From Myxococcota bacterium (GTDB lineage Bacteria; Myxococcota_A; UBA9042): a stretch of DNA of 30,183 nt. Shown here piece after piece: positions 25,427 through 30,183 of this stretch. Within the stretch, counting starts at the first letter, position 1; every line of letters begins with the position of its first letter. The stretch covers positions 1 through 30,183 of the forward strand of contig CAXRHS010000812.1 of NCBI GenBank assembly GCA_964230235.1, given 5' to 3'. A model generated the notes under the pieces. The model saw only the letters and a program-made list of their open reading frames with translations, searched no databases and had not been told where the DNA came from. Position numbers and translations under genes: made by a program.

Positions 25427-25624
25427 CCCTGTCGTGCCGCGTCAGGCCGGCGCGTTGGCGGTGGTCGCATACCTGGCGGCTGAACTCCTTGCGGTACTGG
25501 TCTCGGACGCGGTGGACTCGGGCCCAGGGTTGCGCGCGGTTGCCCGCAAGACGGCCCGCGTTTGGCACCGGTCTGCGTGCCTGCTACCCTTTGACGGCGC
25601 CCGACGGCGCCAGGGCAATTGGCC

Positions 25625-25870
25625 ATGCGTTACACCGTGCTGCTGGAGCCAACCCGTGAACTGGATCAGCCCGGCTGGTACTACGCGCGCATTCCAGCGC
25701 TCGATTTGACGACGCATGGCCTTGGCGTCGAGGGTGCACTCGCTGCCGCCCGCGATCTGGCAGACGTTTGGTTGCAGGCGCTAGCCGATCAAGGTGTGGC
25801 AGCTCCGGCCGATACGACTGCGTTTGTGGGTCACGTCGAGGCGGGTGGCCATGCCGTTCTCCGCGGCTGA
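25625..25870 (+). CDS. hicB: Short HicB family antitoxin
   Basis: MRYTVLLEP.......[21 protein letters not shown]....WL; 81 aa with no C-terminal DNA-binding domain. Confidence 0.88.
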   Translation: MRYTVLLEPTRELDQPGWYYARIPALDLTTHGLGVEGALAAARDLADVWLQALADQGVAAPADTTAFVGHVEAGGHAVLRG

Positions 25871-26057
25871 TTTGGTGCGGCGCCTGGAGCGCCTAGGCTT
25901 TGTGCGGGTACGCCAGTCTGGCTCGCATCTGGTGCTGCGTCATCCGGATGGCCGCATGACCTACGTTGCCATGCACCGCGGCGATGTACCAAACGGCACG
26001 CTGCGGGCGATTTTGCGGCAGGCCAAGTTGACCGAGGAAGAGTTGCGCGATGGCTAG
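25851..26057 (+). CDS. hicA: HicA family mRNA interferase toxin
   Basis: [28 protein letters not shown]...GTL..IL.QA.L; overlaps hicB by 20 nt. Confidence 0.93.
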   Translation: MPFSAADLVRRLERLGFVRVRQSGSHLVLRHPDGRMTYVAMHRGDVPNGTLRAILRQAKLTEEELRDG

Positions 26058-26192
26058 CGACTGCGCCCAGGTCGTCAGCCGACGTCCATCAACCGTTGTG
26101 AATTGAGCTCCACGGCTTGGGGCCCGTTCGGCTTCCACGAAGGGCCCGTGAAAAATCTACTCGATTTTCCACTGGGCCCGTTTGCTGGTTCC

Positions 26193-26238
26193 GTGGGTCG
26201 CAAGCTCGCGTCTTTGCAAGCCGACTCGCCGCTCCGCT
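26193..26238 (+). repeat. REP-like structured repeat, copy 3, preceded by two GGGCCC-anchored hairpins
   Basis: Identical to 1349-1394; upstream GGGCCCGTTCG...CGAAGGGCCC and GGGCCCGTGAAAAAT...ATTTTCCACTGGGCCC. Confidence 0.9.
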
Positions 26239-26315
26239 ACTCGGCATGGCGATCGAGTTATTCTTACACGGACCCCAACGCACGCAAGGCCGGCCGCAAA
26301 CCTACCCTGGCCATG

Positions 26316-26407
26316 CAGGCTCAGGCTCTGGCTGCCTTTCAGAAACTGCCGCCGCCAGGGTCAGCCTTTCGAGGGGCTGCCGGTCAGGCTCAGGAACAGG
26401 GGCATGG
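26316..26407. repeat. Degenerate, interrupted copy of the (A/T)CAGGC hexamer array
   Basis: CAGGCTCAGGCTCTGGCT (26316-26333) and CAGGCTCAGGAACAGGGGCATGG (26385-26407). Confidence 0.55.
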
Positions 26408-26456
26408 TCAAGAACCCGCAATCCCGCTCGGGGCTGTCCAAACGGGTCGCTGCACA

Positions 26457-26909
26457 GGTCGCGTCAAGCAAGCTCGCCGACCTCCCGACAAGCATACACC
26501 CGTCCTTGACACCGCCCGCCCCCATCCTAGCCTAGTCCCCGGCGGCGGTCGCACGGTTCCTGCCTGCCGCAAAAGACAATCGGTTCGCGGGCATCGGGCC
26601 CACGACCGGGCTTTTGCGGCGGCGCAGACCTGTGCCCGCCGGGAGGCGACGATGCAGGACAAGCTGACCAACAACGCGCAGATGGCGCTCAAGCTCGCCG
26701 GTGAAGAGGCGATTCGGCGCAGCCACCAGTTCTTGGAGCCAGAGCACATCTTGTGGGCGCTGTGCGGCAACGTCGATGGCGTGGTCAAGCCCCTGCTCGC
26801 GCGCCTGGAAGTGCCGGTGGAGCCGTTGCGCGACGAGATGGCCCGCGAAATCGGCCGCTTGCCGGCAGTCAAGGCGCAGTCCGGGCCGGGGTTGGTGGGT
26901 TCGGAGCGG
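26457..26909 (+). repeat. Copy B of the 453-bp repeat (functional clpB 5' region)
   Basis: See copy A. Confidence 0.95.
26506..26533 (+). promoter_or_regulatory. sigma70-type promoter of clpB
   Basis: TTGACA (26506-26511)-N16-TAGCCT (26528-26533); the same -10 hexamer occurs at 29336. Confidence 0.6.
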
Positions 26910-29234
26910 TTGCAAGCGTTCTTTGAAGCCGCAGATGAAGAGCGCGGCAAGTTCAAAGACGACTACGTGTCGACCGAGCACCTGCTGCTGGCGATGCTGG
27001 CGGACCGCAAAGGTGCAGCTGCCAAGGCGCTGGCCGACCGCGGCCTGACCCGCGAGAAAATCCTGACCGCGCTCAAGCCCTTGCGCGGCTCGGCGCGGGT
27101 CGACAGTCAAGAGGCCGAAAGCCAGTTCCAGGCGCTGGAGAAGTACGCCCGCGATCTGACCGCCGTCGCCGCCCAGGGCAAGCTCGACCCGGTGGTCGGC
27201 CGCGACGACGAGGTGCGGCGGGTGATGCAGGTGCTGAGCCGCCGCCGCAAGAACAACCCGGTGCTGATTGGCGAACCCGGCGTGGGCAAGACCGCGATTG
27301 TCGAGGGTCTGGCGCAGCGCATCGTCCAAGGCGACGTGCCCGAGGGGCTGCGCGGCAAAAAGCTGCTGGCCCTGGATCTGGCGTCGATGGTCGCCGGCAG
27401 CAAGTACCGCGGCGAGTTCGAAGAGCGCCTCAAGGCCGTGCTCAAGGAGCTGGCCGACGCCCAGGACCAGGTCATCCTGTTCATCGACGAGCTGCACAAC
27501 CTGGTCGGCGCCGGCAAAGGCGAAGGCAGCATGGACGCCAGCAACATGCTCAAGCCGGCGCTGGCGCGCGGCGAGTTGCACTGCATCGGTGCCACTACGC
27601 TCGACGAATACCGCAAATACATTGAGAAAGACGCTGCGCTGGAGCGGCGCTTTCAGCCCGTGCACTGCGAAGAGCCGAGTGTGGCCGACACCATCAGCAT
27701 CTTGCGCGGGCTCAAGGACAAGTACGAGACCCACCATGGCGTGCGCATCCAGGACGCGGCGTTGATCGCGGCGGCGACGCTCTCGCACCGCTACATCGCC
27801 GACCGCTTCCTGCCCGACAAGGCCGTGGACCTGATGGACGAGGCCGGCAGCCGCTTGCGCATGGAGATCGACAGCCTGCCGACCGAGATCGACCAGTTGC
27901 AGCGGCGCATCCAGCAGCTGGAAATCGAGCAGGCTGCGCTGGGGCGTGAGGACGACGCGGCCAGCAAGGATCGGCTGGCGTCGTTGCAGGCGGAGATGGC
28001 CGGGCTCAAAGAGACGGCCACCGGCAAGCGCGCGGCCTGGCAGAACGAAAAGAAGCTCATCGACGGCATCCGCGCGCTCAAGGCCCAGGTCGAGGACAAG
28101 CAACACGCGCTCGAAGCGGCCCAGCGGCGCTACGACAACGAGACGGCGGCGAAGCTCCAGTACGGCGAGATTCCGCAGCTCAAAAAGCAGATTGCAGACG
28201 CGCAGCAAAAGCTCGCGGAACTGCAAGCCAATGGTGCCATGCTGCATGAGGAGGTCACCGCCGACGAAGTGGCCAAGGTGGTGTCGGCGTGGACCGGCGT
28301 GCCGGTGACCAAGATGCTCGAGAGCGAAATGGCCAAGCTCTTGCACTTGGAAAGCCAGCTGTCCAAGCGGGTTATCAACCAGCAAGAGGCGATCGAAGCC
28401 GTCGCCAACGCGGTGCGGCGGTCGCGCTCGGGCCTGCAGGACCCCAACCGGCCGCTTGGCTCGTTCATCTTTCTGGGACCGACCGGCGTCGGCAAGACCG
28501 AGCTGGTCAAGGCGCTGGCCGCGTTCTTGTTCGATGACGAAGCTGCGATGGTCCGCATCGACATGAGCGAGTACATGGAGAAACACAGCGTGGCCCGGCT
28601 GATTGGCGCCCCGCCCGGCTACGTCGGCCACGAAGAAGGCGGCCAGCTGACCGAAGCCGTGCGCCGTCGGCCGTACAGCGTGGTGCTTTTCGACGAAATC
28701 GAGAAGGCGCACGCGGACGTGCTCAATGTGCTACTGCAACTGCTCGACGAAGGCCGGCTGACCGACAGCCAGGGCCGCCAGGTCGATTTTCGCAATACGC
28801 TGGTGCTGCTGACCAGCAACATCGGCAGCTCGCTCATCTTGCAGGCCAAGGGCGACACGGCGGTTAAGTCCGTGGTCCAGGACGAGCTGCGCCGGCACTT
28901 CCGGCCAGAGTTCTTGAACCGCATCGATGAGGTGGTGGTGTTCAACGCGCTGCGCCAGCAGGACATGGTGCACATCGTCGACATCCAGCTGCAGCGCTTT
29001 CGCGCCCGGCTCGCGGATCGCAAGCTCGGCCTGACCGTGACCGACGAGGCCAAAAAGCTGCTCGCCGACGAGGGCTATGACCCGCACTTTGGCGCGCGGC
29101 CGCTCAAGCGCACGCTGCAGAACCGCCTGGAGAACCCGCTGGCCAAGGAGATTCTGGGCGGACGCTTTCCGCCGGGCGCGCACGTGGTGGTCGACGCCCG
29201 CGATGGCGAGATTGCCTTTGTGTATGCCGACTAG
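26652..29234 (+). CDS. clpB: ATP-dependent chaperone ClpB
   Basis: Clp N domain, [34 protein letters not shown], coiled-coil middle domain, [41 protein letters not shown] 26652 follows GGGAGG; 860 aa. Confidence 0.97.
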   Translation: MQDKLTNNAQMALKLAGEEAIRRSHQFLEPEHILWALCGNVDGVVKPLLARLEVPVEPLRDEMAREIGRLPAVKAQSGPGLVGSERLQAFFEAADEERGKFKDDYVSTEHLLLAMLADRKGAAAKALADRGLTREKILTALKPLRGSARVDSQEAESQFQALEKYARDLTAVAAQGKLDPVVGRDDEVRRVMQVLSRRRKNNPVLIGEPGVGKTAIVEGLAQRIVQGDVPEGLRGKKLLALDLASMVAGSKYRGEFEERLKAVLKELADAQDQVILFIDELHNLVGAGKGEGSMDASNMLKPALARGELHCIGATTLDEYRKYIEKDAALERRFQPVHCEEPSVADTISILRGLKDKYETHHGVRIQDAALIAAATLSHRYIADRFLPDKAVDLMDEAGSRLRMEIDSLPTEIDQLQRRIQQLEIEQAALGREDDAASKDRLASLQAEMAGLKETATGKRAAWQNEKKLIDGIRALKAQVEDKQHALEAAQRRYDNETAAKLQYGEIPQLKKQIADAQQKLAELQANGAMLHEEVTADEVAKVVSAWTGVPVTKMLESEMAKLLHLESQLSKRVINQQEAIEAVANAVRRSRSGLQDPNRPLGSFIFLGPTGVGKTELVKALAAFLFDDEAAMVRIDMSEYMEKHSVARLIGAPPGYVGHEEGGQLTEAVRRRPYSVVLFDEIEKAHADVLNVLLQLLDEGRLTDSQGRQVDFRNTLVLLTSNIGSSLILQAKGDTAVKSVVQDELRRHFRPEFLNRIDEVVVFNALRQQDMVHIVDIQLQRFRARLADRKLGLTVTDEAKKLLADEGYDPHFGARPLKRTLQNRLENPLAKEILGGRFPPGAHVVVDARDGEIAFVYAD

Positions 29235-29312
29235 CCTGGCGACGTCGACCAGCTGCGCCGGCCGCTGACAGCGCCGTGACGCACGGGTGCTGTCGCGCAC
29301 CGCTTTGGCCCG

Positions 29313-29341
29313 TTGCCGCCCGCTGCGCAATGCCGTAGCCT
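29313..29341 (+). promoter_or_regulatory. sigma70-type promoter of the last gene
   Basis: TTGCCG (29313-29318)-N17-TAGCCT (29336-29341). Confidence 0.55.
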
Positions 29342-29379
29342 GCCTGTCTGGCCGGTCGGCTACGCGCGGGAGGCGCCCC

Positions 29380-30183
29380 ATGTTCAAACGGAACTCGCTG
29401 CGGATCGTTGCCACGGCAGCCACAGCGCTGCTGTTGGGCGCTTGCGAAGATGCCGCCAACACCACCGGCACCAGCGCCCCGGAAACCGGCGGCACCACCG
29501 CCACCGACGTCGGCGCCGTGTTTGCCAAAGATGCCGACGACCCGGCGGACAGCGCGGCAGACGGTTCGCAACCGCTGGCAGACCTTGGGGTAACGGTCCC
29601 GGCCGACGCCGCGCCCGACGTCGCGGTTGCCGATCTGCCGCCCGCCCCTGGCAGCTTTGGCTGGCCGTGCAGCGACAACAGCGAGTGCGCCAGCGCCGCA
29701 TGCCTGCCGACCGCGGTCGGCAAGCAGTGCAGCAAGACCTGCACCGACAGCTGCCCCAAGGGCTTCGCGTGCGGCCCGGTGCCCGGTAGCGACACCGTGT
29801 TCGTGTGCATCGCCAAGTACCCCAAGCTGTGCGACCCGTGCAAGGTCGACGCCGACTGCAAGAATACGCTCGGCGGCGGCATCCAGTTTTGCGTCGACTA
29901 CGGCAAGGACGGTTCGTTTTGCGGCACCGAGTGCAAAGCCGACGCCGACTGCCCGCAAGGCTACTTTTGCGCCAGCGAGAACCACAACGGCGTGCAAGCT
30001 GGCCAGTGCCGCCAGCAGATTGGCCTTTGCGCCTGCAGCCCGACCGCGCAAGTGGCGCAGTTGACAACCACCTGCCAGCAGACCTCGCCGTTTGGTACCT
30101 GCAAGGGCAGCCGGTTTTGCGGCAAAGATGGCCTGACGCTGTGCGACGCGGCGGTGCCGTCGGCCGAGCTGTGCAACGGCAAA
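29380..30183 (+). CDS. Cys-rich lipoprotein, paralog of the 16239 protein; truncated by the window edge and absent from the ORF track
   Basis: GGGAGG SD, MFKRNSLRIVATAATALLLGAC lipobox, open to the window end (...AELCNGK), Cys spacing collinear with the N-terminus of the 16239 protein. Confidence 0.88.
   Translation, partial: MFKRNSLRIVATAATALLLGACEDAANTTGTSAPETGGTTATDVGAVFAKDADDPADSAADGSQPLADLGVTVPADAAPDVAVADLPPAPGSFGWPCSDNSECASAACLPTAVGKQCSKTCTDSCPKGFACGPVPGSDTVFVCIAKYPKLCDPCKVDADCKNTLGGGIQFCVDYGKDGSFCGTECKADADCPQGYFCASENHNGVQAGQCRQQIGLCACSPTAQVAQLTTTCQQTSPFGTCKGSRFCGKDGLTLCDAAVPSAELCNGK

Noticed and set aside
26505-26525. sigma32-type promoter CTTGAC...CCCCAT upstream of clpB
   Set aside because: Spacer is 9 nt versus the 13-14 expected.
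26103-26651. 183-aa N-terminal extension of ClpB in the ORF track
   Set aside because: Runs through hairpins, repeats and the promoter; the true start has an SD and is mirrored in copy A. The same reasoning applies to extensions at 12163, 8589 and 1398.

Overview
High-GC window (sampled housekeeping lines ~70% GC). Gene content points to Myxococcota or a related deltaproteobacterium (inference from an FHA-sigma54 activator, a TIGR04551-like barrel and CDDGNPCT-repeat lipoproteins). Core genes: tgt, a lipoprotein MsrB-MsrA fusion, kamDE, a minus-strand run of DksA-family protein / FHA-EBP / ArnT-PMT-like glycosyltransferase / outer-membrane barrel, an aldehyde dehydrogenase, rpsA, a 2074-aa Cys-rich lipoprotein, clpB, and the start of a second Cys-rich lipoprotein. 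The most unusual part is 22.5-26.9 kb, a small accessory zone. It holds higA with only a 3' stub of higB, a low-GC FGE-domain gene with integron-cassette-like ends, DUF433/DUF5615, and hicBA. The hicBA pair is bracketed by a 453-bp diverged direct repeat of the clpB promoter, leader and first 86 codons. A 43-46 bp structured REP-like element occurs three times, always in sense orientation just 3' of a gene. No rRNA, tRNA, CRISPR array, integrase or transposase was seen. All assignments are by eye; no searches were run.
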